From contig NC_091476.1 in assembly GCF_036971445.1 (NCBI RefSeq), positions 140,058,001 through 140,122,000 of the forward strand: DNA of 64,000 bases, written 5' to 3'. This document shows, one piece after another, positions 13,301-26,007 of this stretch. The stretch is from Narcine bancroftii. Its lineage: Eukaryota. Every line of letters begins with the position of its first letter. Position 1 is the first letter of the stretch. The notes under the pieces are model-generated. The model saw only the letters and a program-made list of their open reading frames with translations, had not been told where the DNA came from and did not search any database. Made by a program: the position numbers and the translations under genes.

Positions 13301-13619
13301 CTAAAACAGGAAGACTCAAAACCCACCCCACCCCCACCACTCATTCAGCTGATAGCACATTCAGCCCTTAGCTTGAAATACTGGAACAGACTCTGCATGA
13401 ATCAACTTCCACAGAGTGAAGGTGGAGGGAGGCAAAAGCATTAAAGAAGCAGACAAGCTCCTTGGTTCCCCACTGACTTTGCTCTATGCCTTCTTTATCT
13501 AAACAATGAAGATATTAAGGATGTTCCTTCTCTGTTCTTAAAGAATGGTCAGGAACATTACACGTGGCTCTTATAAGGGATTTGAATTATGGATTACTTC
13601 TTTCAAATCAGAAACTTTT

Positions 13620-14075
13620 AATTTTTAAATTAATTTAGATATACCGCATGGTAACAGGCCCTTACGGACCATGACCCCCTTGCACCCAAATATGCCAATT
13701 GACCTTCAACCCCGGTACATTTTGAAGAGGAAACCGGAGACCCTGGAGAAAACCCACAGAGTCACGGGGAGAACGTACAAACTCGTTTTAGTAGGAATAA
13801 CGAATTGGACAATTTCTTTCGGTGATAAAGATCCACTTGTTAATGTTGTGGAAATTTTCTCTGTAGTCTGTCATAAATCCTTTTTCATCTCGGAAGATCT
13901 TTCCTGGAAGCCTCTACTTCCTCAGGAGTTTGCGGAGGAGCTAGTGAAGTTGTTCAAGTGGACCGGTACGGACTTGAAGGGCTGACATGGCCTGTTTCCG
14001 TGCTGTAAACGGTCATATGGTTATATGGTTATATGGTTACAGACAGCACTGGATTTGAACCTGGGTCGCGAGCTC
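13620..14075 (-). mobile_element. HE1/V-type SINE split by a ~250-bp insertion ending in a CR1 3' tail
   Basis: SINE gagaacgtacaaactc (to ~13786) resumes as cagacagcactggatttgaacc (~14039); the insert ends in (ggttatat)n. Confidence 0.7.
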
Positions 14076-14599
14076 TGCTTTTGGGTGTGTGCCACGGAGA
14101 GAGAGTGTTTCAGTAACAGGGCCACCCACATCCCCTGTTTTGAAGTAATGCCACATTTGCAAGTGAATCTCTGACTATTACCAGTGCCTCTTCTGTTGTT
14201 CTTCAGATTGTGATTCACTTTGTGACCAGCTTGCTTCTCCCTGATGGCTGGTGAGTTGATTCAGAAGTAGTTCAGTCCCATCGTTGAAGTTCTCTTATCC
14301 TGATTGTGCAAGAACAACATTACAAAACAGTTCTCCGTTCTCTCATGCATTCTCTAGAAGGCTGACTCAGACCATCAGTGGTTTGAGTTGGGGTTACCTG
14401 CATGCACTTGGTTGGGGAATGATGCTGAACTGTAGCTGGATATTGTTGAGTAAATTCTGGTGGGGAGAGACTTTAGAAGCTGTTATAGCACTGTGCTTAT
14501 GTGGACACTATTTGGTAATAAAACATTTAGTGAACTTTGCCATGAAGACTGCCATGTAATCAATGGCTTATCTCTGGAGTGGGAAAGCATATTTAAGAG

Positions 14600-15150
14600 A
14601 ACCATAGGACAATGGAACACAGAAACAGGCCCTTTGGCCCTTCTAGTCCATGCCAAACTATTATTCTCCCTAGTCTCACTGACCTGCACCCAGTCCATAT
14701 CCTTCCATAGTCCTTCAATCCATGTACCTGTTCAAATTCTTCTTAAATGTTAAAATTGAGCCTGGAATCACTACTTTGGCTGGCAACTCGTTCCACACTC
14801 CCACCACTCTCTATATGAAGAAGTTCCTCCTCATGTTCCCCCTCAACTTTTCCCCTTTCATCCTTGGTCCATGTCCTCTGATTTGTACCTCACCTACCCT
14901 CAGTGGAAAAAGCCTACCTATATTTACTCTGTCTATATCCCTCATCATTTTAAGTACCTCCATCAAATCTCCTCTCATTCTACGCTCCAGGGAATAAAAT
15001 CCTAACCTGTTTAGCCTGTAGCTCAGTTCCTTAAGTCCAGGCCATATTCTAGTAAATCTTCTCTGCACTCTTTCTATCTTATTGATATCTTTCCTGTAGT
15101 TAGGTGAATAAAACTGCACACAAAACTCCATATTTGGCCTCACCAGTGTC
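14600..15150 (-). mobile_element. CR1 3' fragment
   Basis: YKTLVRPNMEFCVQFYSPNYRKDINKIERVQRRFTR...LERRMRGDL. Confidence 0.9.
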
Positions 15151-16027
15151 TTGTAGGCAGTCAGCATAAAAAAGCAGGTCTGCTTTAATCAACAGGTCAG
15201 TTACTTCAATGCAGCAATGAGCTGCAGGAGAAACTCAGCAGGTCAGGCTGCATCCATGAGTAGAAATGGTCTGTCAATATTTTGGAAAATAAGGGGTTCT
15301 GACTCGACTCGCTGACTGACCATTTCTACCTATGGATTCTGCCTGACCCTCTGAGTTCCTCCTCCATCTCATTGGTGCTCAATATTTAGTTTTCGTGCTT
15401 CAGCTTCATGCAGAGTGTGTTTTTAAAGAATGACACAAACTGCTTGGAACCAACACGATGCTGTCTGGCGTGTCTCACTCAGTTTTCTTCTGTCCAATAT
15501 GTTCACCAGCCGAGAAGTCAGAGGGGCAGATGGTCAGCACAAAAAAAAATCTCAGTGGTGAGATAAATCTGAGTCAGATTAAAGGAATGACATGGAACAG
15601 TATTATTGCTTCATTAGACATGCAAGCTCATGCCTTCTGCTTTCTCCATTCCTCCAATAATAATGCAGTGAGCGTAAAGTTTGACTTTTGGTTGGATGAG
15701 GAGCTGTGGTGGGCTAATGACGGAGTGAGGTTCTGACGATATGCACTTAAATTACACATGGTTCATTAACTTGCACTCAATAAATAGATAAAGTTCAAAA
15801 TTCAAATTTATTGTCATACATGACATCACATATGACCCTGAGATTCTTTTCCTGCGGGCCAGGCAGACTTCTACCTATTGGTAACTATAAAACTGTACTC
15901 AGGAGAAAAGATACGTACACAGTACAAAAGAAAGAAATGTAAATAAACTGACTGCAAATGTAGAAAAAATAAATATTCAGTAATATGTGCAAAGTAAGAG
16001 ACTTTAAATGAGTCGATGAGTTCTGTT

Positions 16028-16380
16028 TTTTTTTAAATTTTTTATTTTTCACACCATAAATCACATTAGCCATGATATACACTTTTTCTTTTTCACACGT
16101 AGACAGTGACTTTTTCTCCCCCCCCCCCCTCCTCCCAGGCCACCCCCCCACCCCCCCCCCCTCTCATCCATTTTAGGTATACAATCTAGGTTGCATTAAA
16201 CCAGTCAGACAATGTTGTCATTCAACAAAAATACACCAGAAATTCTACTGAGTCCATTCTTTTCTTTCCTTCTCCTTCCATCAACTTAGGTAATGTTTGT
16301 CCCCGGTAGGTTTTCGCTATTGTATTTAATGTAAGGCTCCCATATTTGTTCGAATATTTCAATATTATTTCTTAAACTAT
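16028..16380 (-). mobile_element. 5'-truncated L1/Tx1-type LINE with poly(A), nested in a Rex1-type 3' end
   Basis: 12-bp TSD atgagttctgtt (16016-16027, 16381-16392); poly(T) on plus strand; minus translation ...IFEQIWEPYIKY is L1-type ORF2 C-terminus. Confidence 0.8.
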
Positions 16381-17999
16381 ATGAGTTCTGTTGATCAGGA
16401 GTCTGATGGTGGAGTTGATAGTTGAGTATTTAATCTATATTCCATTGTACTTTTGATGCTGGACAGGAAGGTTACCTTGTGCACAAACAGATCATGTTTG
16501 CAGCCATTGTAATATCTGCTGCTGTTTGGTACTAATTGAAATGGTGTCACAATTCCAGGATCAATGACAGTCCCCAACCAGGAACTTGATAGGTGTCATC
16601 ATCCACTGCATCCCAGTAGACTTGGATAATGAAAACCTTGACACTCAATTAAACCAAAATGAGTAAACTATGATGTCCTTGTTAAAATGTAGAAAGCACC
16701 CCTGGTTATTGTTAATGAGAATGTTCATGATTAGTGTCAAGAGACCAATGTAGAAAGTAAGATTATAAACATTTCTAGAAAAGGATTGTACCTCCTCCTT
16801 TATATGTGAATGCCTTTAGGACAGTCCAGTAGTCAGTTATATAAAGGGATTTTGTACAGGGGAACAGGTAGAATGTAGTGTTAGATATTGGTTATTCAGC
16901 CTCATATGTGAGTCTAAAACATGACATGAATTTAAATTCACTGAAGTAGAGTTACACAGTTTTTGAGTTCCATAGTTCAGAAACAGGCCCTTCAGCCCAA
17001 CTTGCCCATGCTAACCCTACTGGACCCATTCACTACCATTTGGCCCATATCCCAGTCTAAGCCTTTCCTATTCATGGACCTGTCAAAATGTCATTCAAAC
17101 ATTGCTATTGCCCCCTCTCCACCTTGCTTCCTCTTGCAACTTGTTCCATATAACCACCGCCCTCTAGGTGAAGAAAGCGACCTTCAGATCTCTTTAAAAT
17201 CTTTCCCCCTCTAAGTAAAACCATGCCCTCTAGTTTTAGATTCCCCTAGAGTTGTGAGTGAGAAAACAGATTCGATGGGTCTCAAAAGCAAGGACACTGA
17301 ACACTGTCTGGTAGTAAATAATTTTCTTTACAAAAGATGAGTTTGGGAAAATGGTAACAGGAATAACACAGACATGCACACAGTTTATAGTGAGTGTGGG
17401 AAAATCGCACTGGGGATAAAATAAGCATACACATACATAACAAACTAGGTATAAACAATCAAGGAAGAATGATACTATACTTGCCACCCCTTAACTTAAT
17501 GCAGACACAGTTCTATGCTATTAGGGACACTAACTAAAATGCTACCAATCCTTTAACAGTGCACATCTCACCAATGACTTCTCCAGTGTCCTTCCACAGT
17601 ACTCAGTCTGGAGTGAAGCAGGGTGGTCTCTTGAAGCTGGTAAAGACGGAGAGCTGAGCTGGAGGGCTGGGGTCCAGCCCAGGTAAATTACAGGGATCCA
17701 ATGGCTCAGTGCCAGCAAGGTTAAGTGGATTACAAAGGCCAATGGCTCAAGGCCAAGTTCAAAGGTATTTGAATTAGCCAACAGCAAGATGTGCACTAAT
17801 TAGTGGCTGGAGTCTAACCTTGTTTGGCATGTGATATGATTTCCAAATAAATTTCAGACAGGGAGGACATATGACCATCCACAACACACATTCCAGCCAG
17901 GCACGAACACAACACCTACCAAGGAAAACGACTATGACTATTTACCTGTCAAAGTTCAAAGTTCAGATTTATTGTCAGAATACATACATGGCGTTATTT

Positions 18000-19760
18000 A
18001 GATGAGGAGAAAATTCAAAATTTGAGGTGCAAAGAGACTTGGAAGTCCTTGTGCAGGATACCCTAAAGGTCAACCTCTAGGTTGAATCGGTGGTGAAGAA
18101 GGCAAATGCAGTGTTGGCGTTAATTTCTAGACAAATAGCATACAAGAGCAGGGATGTAATGTTGAAACTTGGTGAGACCTCATGGGGTTCTTGTACAGTT
18201 TTGGGTGCTTCATTTGAGAAAAGATATACTACTGTTGGAGAGAGTTCAGAGAAAATTTATTTGAATGATACCAGGAATGAAAGGGTTAGCAGATGAGGAA
18301 TGATATAATTGCCTCTCCACTCAGCTGTGGATCACCTCGAAAACAGCAACTCAATCATACAACTGCTCTTTATAGACTACACCTCAGCCTTCAACACCAT
18401 TATTCCCCCAATGCAGATCAACAATCTCCAAACCCTAGACCTCTGCATCCCTCTCTGCAACTGGATCCTTGACTTCCTCATTGGAAGACCACAGTCAGTA
18501 TGAATTGGAAACAACGTTTCCTTCTCACCGACTATCAAGGATGTGTGCTTAACCCACTGCTTTAATCACTATGCACTGATGACTGGGTGGCCAGGCACAG
18601 TTCCAATGCCATCTCCTACAAATTTGCTCACCACCGTCATCGGCAGAATCACAAAAGGCAACGGGGAAGTGTCCAGGAGGGAGATGGATCAGCTCGTTGA
18701 GTGGTGTCACACCAACAACCTTGCACTCAGTGTTAGCAAAATGAACAAGATGATTGTGGACCTTAGGAGGAATTCAGGAGAACATGACCCAGTCCTCAAT
18801 GAATACTCAGTAGTAGAGAGGGTCAAGAACTTCAAATTCCTGGGTGTTAACATTTCCGGGATCTGCCCTGGAGCCTCCATGTCAATGAAATGTGAAGAAT
18901 GCTCGCCAGTAGCTATACTCTTTGAGGTGTTTGAGGAGATTTGGTACGTCACTGAAGACTCAAAAAATTCTTCATTCTGACTGGTTGCATCACTGTCTAG
19001 AACGGAGGTGCCAACGTTCAGGACAATAGATAGGCACCAGACTTCACTCTATCGAGGATGTCTACAAGAGGCAGAGTCTTAAGAAAGCAGCCTCCATCCT
19101 CAAGGACCCTCATCACCCAGGCCATGCCCTCTTCTCTCTGCTTCCATTGCAAAAAATATACAGGAGCCTCAAGACGAGCACTCAGTGGCACAAGGACAGC
19201 TTCTTCCCTACGGTCATTAGATTCCTGAATGATCAATGAACAAAAGACACTGCCTTACTTTGACTTATTTATTGTTGTAAGGTGATTTATATGAATGTTT
19301 GCGATGCTGCCGCAGATCAGCGGCTCTTCGACTGTACTCATTGGAGTACACGGGGGGTGGGGGGGGGAACCTCATAGAGGTATTCCAAATGCAGAAGGGC
19401 CTGGGCAGAGTAGATGTGGCAAAAATGCTTCCCATGGTCAGAGAGTCGAGGGCAAGAAGGCACAAATTCAGGATAAAAGTATGTCAATTTAAAACAGATA
19501 TTTGAAAAAATGTCTTTAGCCAGAGGGCTGAGGATCTGTGGAACTTCTTGCCACAGATGGCTGTGAAAGCAAGGTCGTTGAGAATATTTACGGCAGAGAT
19601 TGACAGGTATTTGATTAGTCAAGACATCAAGGATTATGGGGAGAAAGCAGCGGAGTGGGGCTGAGCGAGAGGATGGATTGGCTCATGATTAGAATTGTGG
19701 AGCAGGCGCAATGGACTGAAGGGCCCACTTCTGCTCCTGCATTTTGTGATCTTGTGATCA
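18000..19760 (+). mobile_element. CR1 3' fragment split by a Rex1/Babar insertion (~18300-19310)
   Basis: CR1 ORF2 C-terminal sequence at 18000-18300 resumes at ~19320 and ends in a (ttgtgatc)2 tail. Confidence 0.75.
18300..19310 (+). mobile_element. Rex1/Babar LINE RT-to-3' fragment
   Basis: [59 protein letters not shown] motifs. Confidence 0.85.
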
Positions 19761-19768
19761 CATGCAAG

Positions 19769-20006
19769 TGATAGTACAGATCTATCACCAATGTATATAG
19801 TGTATATAGTTACTGTATCTAGACTGTGCTTACAGCGATTGGCTGAGAGCTAAGCCACGCCTATTGTCTGGGCCTTAAAGGGTTGTGTCCCTAGCCAGGT
19901 CGGATCATTCTGGACTGGTCGGCCACCTGTGAAGAGCTCCTGTCTTTTGCTAATAAAAGCCTTGGTTTGGATCAACAAGTCTTTGATTCTTTCGACGAGC
20001 TCTACA
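19769..20006 (+). mobile_element. LTR of a Ty3/Gypsy retrotransposon (5' LTR)
   Basis: TG...CA bounded ~238-bp segment with AATAAA at 19952-19957, starting just after a CR1 tail and followed directly by a gag-like frame. Confidence 0.7.
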
Positions 20007-20040
20007 ATTTTATTAGCAAAAAGAATTTTTTTTGAAAGGG

Positions 20041-20361
20041 TTGGAGCATTTAACTCGGCCAGAAAAACTTGATATCGACCCACAGTCAGCTACAGCCTTC
20101 AAAGCCTTTAAGTTCTGGCTGCTGAACTTTGAAAACTTCCTGAGATTCATTGAGGTGGAGGAGGATAACCAGCGTCTAACAACATTGCTGTCTATGGTGT
20201 CCTTGAGAGTCTACGAGAACATCCAGGATGAGACCACTTACACCGCAGCCATAAAGGTACTGAAAGGACTGTATGATCAACCGGTGAACAGAGTTCATGC
20301 CCGGCTCGTGCTTGCGTCGAGGAACCAACAGCCCGGCGAGTCCAGCAGGGCATATTTACAA
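20041..20361 (+). pseudogene. Truncated Gypsy gag N-terminus
   Basis: LTRPEKLDIDPQS...FKFWLLNFENFL...ARLVLASRNQQPGESSRAYLQ is retrotransposon gag-like (QxxGES motif); probable ATG>TTG at 20041; fused at ~20362 to a Rex1 3' end. Confidence 0.75.
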
Positions 20362-20740
20362 GTGAGATTCTTTCTCCTGTGGGCCAGGCAGAATTTCTAC
20401 TTATCAATACTGAGAAAAACTACTGAAGAAAACATGCATATACAAAAAGAGAGAAATGTAAATAACAACAGAAATGTGAACAAACTGACTGTGTTCAGTG
20501 ATAAATAATGTGCAATGTAAGAGACCTTAAATGAGTCCCTGATTGAGTTTGTCATTGAGGAGTCTGATGGTCGAGGGGTAGCAGCTGTTCCTGAACCTGC
20601 TGGTGCAAGTCTTGCGGCACTATATCTCTTTCCTGATGGTATTAGCGAGAACAGAGTGTATGCTGGGTGGTGTGGATCCTTGATGATTGCTGCTGCTCTC
20701 TGACAACAGCGTTCCCTGTAGATGTTCTCAATGGTGTGGT
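20362..20740 (-). mobile_element. Rex1/Babar LINE 3' fragment
   Basis: TIENIYRERCCQRAAAIIKDPHHPAYTLFSLIPSGKRY. Confidence 0.85.
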
Positions 20741-21510
20741 CTATGTCCCTCACAATTTTATATTCCTCTATAAGATCCCATCTTTTTCCTCCTCCATCCT
20801 AGTGAGAAAAATACCCATCCTCTCTCTGTAACTCAAGCCAATCAGTTCTGGCAATATCTGCACCCTTTCCAGCCGAACGACATCCTTCCCTACAGCTAGG
20901 TGAGCAAACCTGCTCACATACTCCAAAAATAGTCTCACCCATGTCCTATACAGTTGTAATATGGGCTCCCTGCTCCTCCATTCAATGTCCTGGCCAATGA
21001 AGCCAAGCAAGCCAAATTCAACACCCTGTCAACCTGTGTTGCCACTTTCAGGGAACAGTGTACCTGTACGCCTTTGTCTCTCTTTTCTACAACTCTCTTC
21101 AGGGCCCTCCCATTCACCATGTAAGTCTTGCCTTGGATCGTCATATCTCTGGTCATCCAGGATTCACTTGCCCTTTTCTGTAATAGAAACAGGTTTTCCC
21201 TGAACTTCCCCAATGTCTCTTTTAAAACCCTCCCACTTACCAGTCAGAGTTAAACAAGAAAATCTGCAGATGCCAGGGTCAAGTGCAACATGCAAATGTG
21301 CTGGAGAATCTCAGCAGGTCACACAGTATGTTGGATCCTGTATGGCCTGCTGAGATTCTCCAGCACATTGGTATATCCTACTTGCCAAATGCCACATTAC
21401 CTGGAGACATCCCCTCACAATCGATCTTTGTAAGTTCCTGTGCAATGCCTTCAAAATTTGCTGCCCCAATTTAGGACTTTAGCTTGTGGTCCAGTTCTTT
21501 TTCTATAACT
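20740..21510 (-). mobile_element. CR1 fragments with a nested Penelope-type fold-back
   Basis: LQLYRTWVRLFLEY, VHCSLKVATQVDRV motifs; fold-back at 21295-21369. Confidence 0.7.
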
Positions 21511-21769
21511 ATGTTTAGAATAAATTTTAAAAAGGCCTTTTATTAATAATAACTCATGACCAAATTATTGTTCCAAACACATTATTTTGAAATTTGCCCT
21601 CTCCAGCTGGTTTTGCCCAACATGTAGAGATGTTGTGGACCGAATGATCTCTCCCTCACACTCGTGTGAATCAGCTTCCTCATACAGCTGAACTAAACAA
21701 AACCACTGGGTGCTGAAGATGGACACTCAGGATTGTCTTAACTGGACAATCGGGGACAGGCAACTAATA

Positions 21770-22300
21770 AATATGCAAAATTTCTGGTGAAACTCAGCAG
21801 GCCATGCAGCATCCATAGGAGGCAAAGATATATAACCAAGGTTTTGGACCTGAACCCTTCATCAAGGTATGAGCAAGAAGCAGGCAGGTGCCTGACTACA
21901 AAGGTAGGGGGAGGAGAAAAGGCTCACAGCCTTGAGGCCATAGGTGGACATAGGAAAGAAAAGGTGGGTATTGATGCGGGGGTGGGGGGGAGTGCTCTGA
22001 ATGCAGAGCTGGAAGAAAGGAGACAGAGAGATGTGGAAGAAGAGAGAGAGAGAGAGAGAGAGAGGGGGAGAGAGAGAGAGAGAGAGAAACAGTGGGGAGC
22101 TGGAGGGAAGGAAGCATAGGGATAGGAAACAATAGAGATGGAGGGTGGGCAGGGGGTAGCTAACGGAAGCCGGAGAAGTCAATATTCATGCCTTTTGGTT
22201 GGAGGGTGTCCAAATGGAAGATGAGGTGTTGTTCCTCCAGTTTATGGGTGGTCTCAGTTGGTCAGGCCAGGAGACCAAGATGTATTGGCATCAGAATGGG
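21770..22300 (-). mobile_element. Penelope-like element 3' part: GIY-YIG C-terminus plus terminal repeat with hammerhead-like motif
   Basis: Minus strand encodes KLEEQHLIFHLDTLQPKGMNIDFSGFR*, followed by a pyrimidine-rich tract and ccttgatgaagggttcaggtccaaaaccttgg. Confidence 0.75.
22040..22088. repeat. (GA)n microsatellite
   Basis: Direct reading. Confidence 0.95.
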
Positions 22301-22445
22301 GTGGGGAACTATGTTGGCTGGCCCATCACACCTTTATATCGAAAATGAATTAAAAACTCTTTGTGTTTTGTGATTTAAATAAGCTTTATAATTCTTTGGC
22401 TTGGCTTCGCGGACGAAGATTTATGGAGGGGGTAAAAAGTCCACG

Positions 22446-25400
22446 TCAGCTGCAGGCTCGTTTGTGGCTGACCAGTCCGATGCGGGACAGGCAGACACGA
22501 TTGCAGCGGTTGCAAGGGAAAATTGGTTGGTTGGGGTTGGGTGTTGGGTTTTCCCTCCTTTGCCTTTTGTCAGTGAGGTGGGCTCTGCGGTCTTCTTCAA
22601 AGGAGGCTGCTGCCCGCCAAACTGTGAGGCGCCAAGATGCACGGTTTGAGGCGTTATCAGCCCACTGGCGGTGGTCAATGTGGCAGGCACCAAGAGATTT
22701 CTTTAGGCAGTCCTTGTACCTTTTCTTTGGTGCACCTCTGTCACGGTGGCCAGTGGAGAGCTCGCCATATAATACGATCTTGGGAAGGCGATGGTCCTCC
22801 ATTCTGGAGACGTGACCCATCCAGCGCAGCTGGATCTTCAGCAGCGTGGACTCGATGCTGTCGACCTCTGCCATCTCGAGTACCTCGACGTTAGGGGTGT
22901 GAGCGCTCCAATGGATGTTGAGGATGGAGTGGAGACAACGCTGGTGGAAGCGTTCTAGGAGCCGTAGGTGGTGCCGGTAGAGGACCCATGATTCGGAGCC
23001 GAACAGGAGTGTGGGTATGACAACGGCTCTGTATACGCTTATCTTTGTGAGGTTTTTCAGTTGGTTGTTTTTCCAGACTCTTTTGTGTAGTCTTCCAAAG
23101 GCGCTATTTGCCTTGGCGAGTCTGTTGTCTATCTCATTGTCGATCCTTGCATCTTATGAAATGGTGCAGCCGAGATAGGTAAACTGGTTGACCGTTTTGA
23201 GTTTTGTGTGCCCGATGGATATGTGGGGGGGCTGGTAGTCATGGTGGGGAGCTGGCTGATGGAGGACCTCAGTTTTCTTCAGGCTGACTTCCAGGCCAAA
23301 CATTTTGGCAGTTTCCGCAAAGCAGGACGTCAAGCGCTGAAGAGCTGGCTCTGAATGGGCAACTAAAGCGGCATCATCTGCAAAGAGTAGTTCACGGACA
23401 AGTTTCTCTTGTGTCTTGGTGTGAGCTTGCAGGCGCCTCAGATTGAAGAGACTGCCATCCGTGCGGTACCGGATGTAAACAGCGTCTTCATTGTTGGGGT
23501 CTTTCATGGCTTGGTTCAGCATCATGCTGAAGAAGATTGAAAAGAGGGTTGGTGCGAGAACACAGCCTTGCTTCACGCCATTGTTAATGGAGAAGGGTTC
23601 AGAGAGCTCATTGCTGTATCTGACCCGACCTTGTTGGTTTTCGTGCAGTTGGATAATCATGTTGAGGAACTTTGGGGGACATCCGATGCGCTCTAGTATT
23701 TGCCAAAGCCCTTTCCTGCTCACGGTGTCGAAGGCTTTGGTGAGGTCAACAAAGGTGATGTAGAGTCCTTTGTTTTGTTCTCTGCACTTTTCTTGGAGCT
23801 GTCTGAGGGCAAAGACCATGTCAGTGGTTCCTCTGTTTGCGCGAAAGCCGCACTGTGATTCTGGGAGAATATTCTCAGCGACACTAGGTATTATTCTATT
23901 TAGTAGAATCCTAGCGAAGATTTTGCCTGCAATGGAGAGCAACGTGATTCCCCTGTAGTTTGAGCAGTCTGATTTCTCGCCTTTGTTTTTGTACAGGGTG
24001 ATGATGGTGGCATCACGAAGATCCTGAGGCAGTTTACCTTGGTCCCAACAAAGCTTGAAAAACTCATGCAGTTTGGCATGCAGAGTTTTGCCGCCAGCCA
24101 TCCAGACTTCTGGGGGGATTCCATCCATACCTGCTGCTTTGCCACTTTTCAGTTGTTCGATTGCCTTATATGTCTCATCCAGGGTGGGAACCTCATCCAG
24201 CTCTAGCCTTAGGGGCTGTTGAGGGAGCTGGAGCAGGGCGGAATCTTGGACTGAGCGGTTGGTACTGAAAAGAGATTGGAAGTGTTCTGACCATCGGTTG
24301 AGGATGGAGATCTTGTCGCTGAGGAGGACTTTGCCGTCTGAGCTGCGCAGCGGGCTTTGGACTTGGGGTGAGGGGCCGTACACAGCCTTTAGAGCCTCGT
24401 AGAAACCCCTGAAGTCGCCAATGTCCGCGCTGAGCTGTGTTCGTTTGCCGAGGCTAGTCCACCACTCATTTTGGATCTCCCGGAGTTTGCGCTGAAGATG
24501 GCTGCATGCGCGACGGAAGGCTTGTTTCTTCTCTGGACAGGACGGCTTTGTAAGGTGAGCCTGGTGGGCAGCTCGCTTCTTTGCCAGCAGCTCCTGGATT
24601 TCCTGGCTGTTTTCGTCAAACCAGTCCTTGTTTTTCCTGGAGGAGAAGCCCAGTACCTCTTCAGTGGATTGCAGTATGGTAGTCTTCAACTGATCCCAGA
24701 GGGTTTCAGGGGACGGGTCCGTGAGGCGGGTTGCAACGTCGAGCTTTGCTTTGAGGTTTGCCTGGAAGTTTCCTCTCGCTTCGTCTGACTGCAGTTTTCC
24801 AACATTGAACCTCTTTCTGGGGGCTTTATTGTTCCTGGGCTTTGGCTTGAAGTGAAGGTTGAGCTTGCAGCGAACCAGCCGGTGGTCAGTGTGGCATTCC
24901 GCGCTAGGCATGACCCTGGTGTGGAGCACATCTTGTTTGTCACTTTCTCGCACCAGGATGTAGTCAAGGAGGTGCCAGTGTTTGGATCGGGGATGCATCC
25001 AGGTGGTCTTAAGGCTGTCCCTCTGCTGAAAAAGGGTGTTTGTAATGACAAGTCGCTGTTCTGCGCAGAGCTCCAACAGGAGGCGCCCATTGTCGTTGCA
25101 CTTGCCGACGCCATGCTTGCCCAGGATTCCTGGCCAGGTTTCTGAGTCTTTGCCGACACGAGCGTTGAAGTCGCCCAGGATGACAACCTTGTCGGCTGTA
25201 GGGGTACGTTGGATGAGGTTGCGCAGGTCGGTGTAGAACTTGTTCTTTTCTGCTGGTTCCGCCTGGAGGGTTGGAGCATAGACACTGATGAGGGTGATGT
25301 GACGCTTGTTTTGAAGTGGGAGTCGCATGGACATGATTCGGTCCGAGAGGCCTGTCGGAAGGTTTTCGAGTTTGGAGGCAATGAAGCTCTTGACCATGAA

Positions 25401-25856
25401 GCCTACACCAGATAGGCGTCGTTCATCCGAAGGCTTGCCAGACCAGTAGAGTGTGTAGCCCGCGCCGCGTTCTTGGAGGCTGCCTACATCTGCCAGGCGG
25501 ACTTCACTGAGAGCGGCTATGTCGATGTCAAGTCTGAGGAGTTCATGTGCAATGAGGGCAGACCGACGTTCAGGTCGGTGGCTGTCAGTCTTGTCTAGCA
25601 TGGTTCTGATGTTCCAGCATGCTAGCTTGAGTTTGTGAGCATCTTTTGAGGGGGAGGACGTGGAGGGGGAGGACGTGGAGGGGGAGGACGTGGAGGGGGA
25701 GGACGTGGAGGGGGAGGACGTTGAGGGGGAGGACGTTGAGGGGGAGGACGTGGACCTGTCCTCGGGCCTGCGCAAAGGAGCTTTTAGGTGGAGTGCAGTG
25801 CGCGCAGTACTGGCCCCACCCTTTACACCCATGGTTCGTGTGCCGTGGCCAAGCAA
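22446..25856 (-). pseudogene. RTE ORF (AP endonuclease, reverse transcriptase, C-terminal C2HC zinc finger-like motif), ~1136 codons with one in-frame stop
   Basis: WNIRT, GDFNARVG, TDH (APE); NYRGITLL, FVDLTKAFD, GVKQGCVLAP, LFADD (RT); CNRC...HKRAC. ORFs 23154-25856 and 22446-22874 are in the same frame, separated only by TAA at 23154-23156 (likely TCA>TAA). Confidence 0.95.
25648..25752. repeat. 15-bp minisatellite x7 (gagggggaggacgtg), in frame as (STSSP)7
   Basis: Direct reading; two units carry a g>t variant. Confidence 0.95.
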
Positions 25857-26007
25857 GCTGGGACGTGGCAGCGAGGTCCTTGGGTCGTAGGTTTTATATC
25901 GGAGTGGCCTTCTCCTATGCAGGTTTCTTACCCGGGCTGGAGGGGCCTGCCTCTCCTCCTAGGTCGGTCCATACTGCCCGGACCGGGGCCGAGGCCGCCG
26001 CAGTTCA

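Noticed and set aside
20032-20508. 158-aa ORF as an intact or domesticated gag gene
   Set aside because: Chimera of truncated gag and antisense Rex1 3' UTR; start codon apparently mutated.
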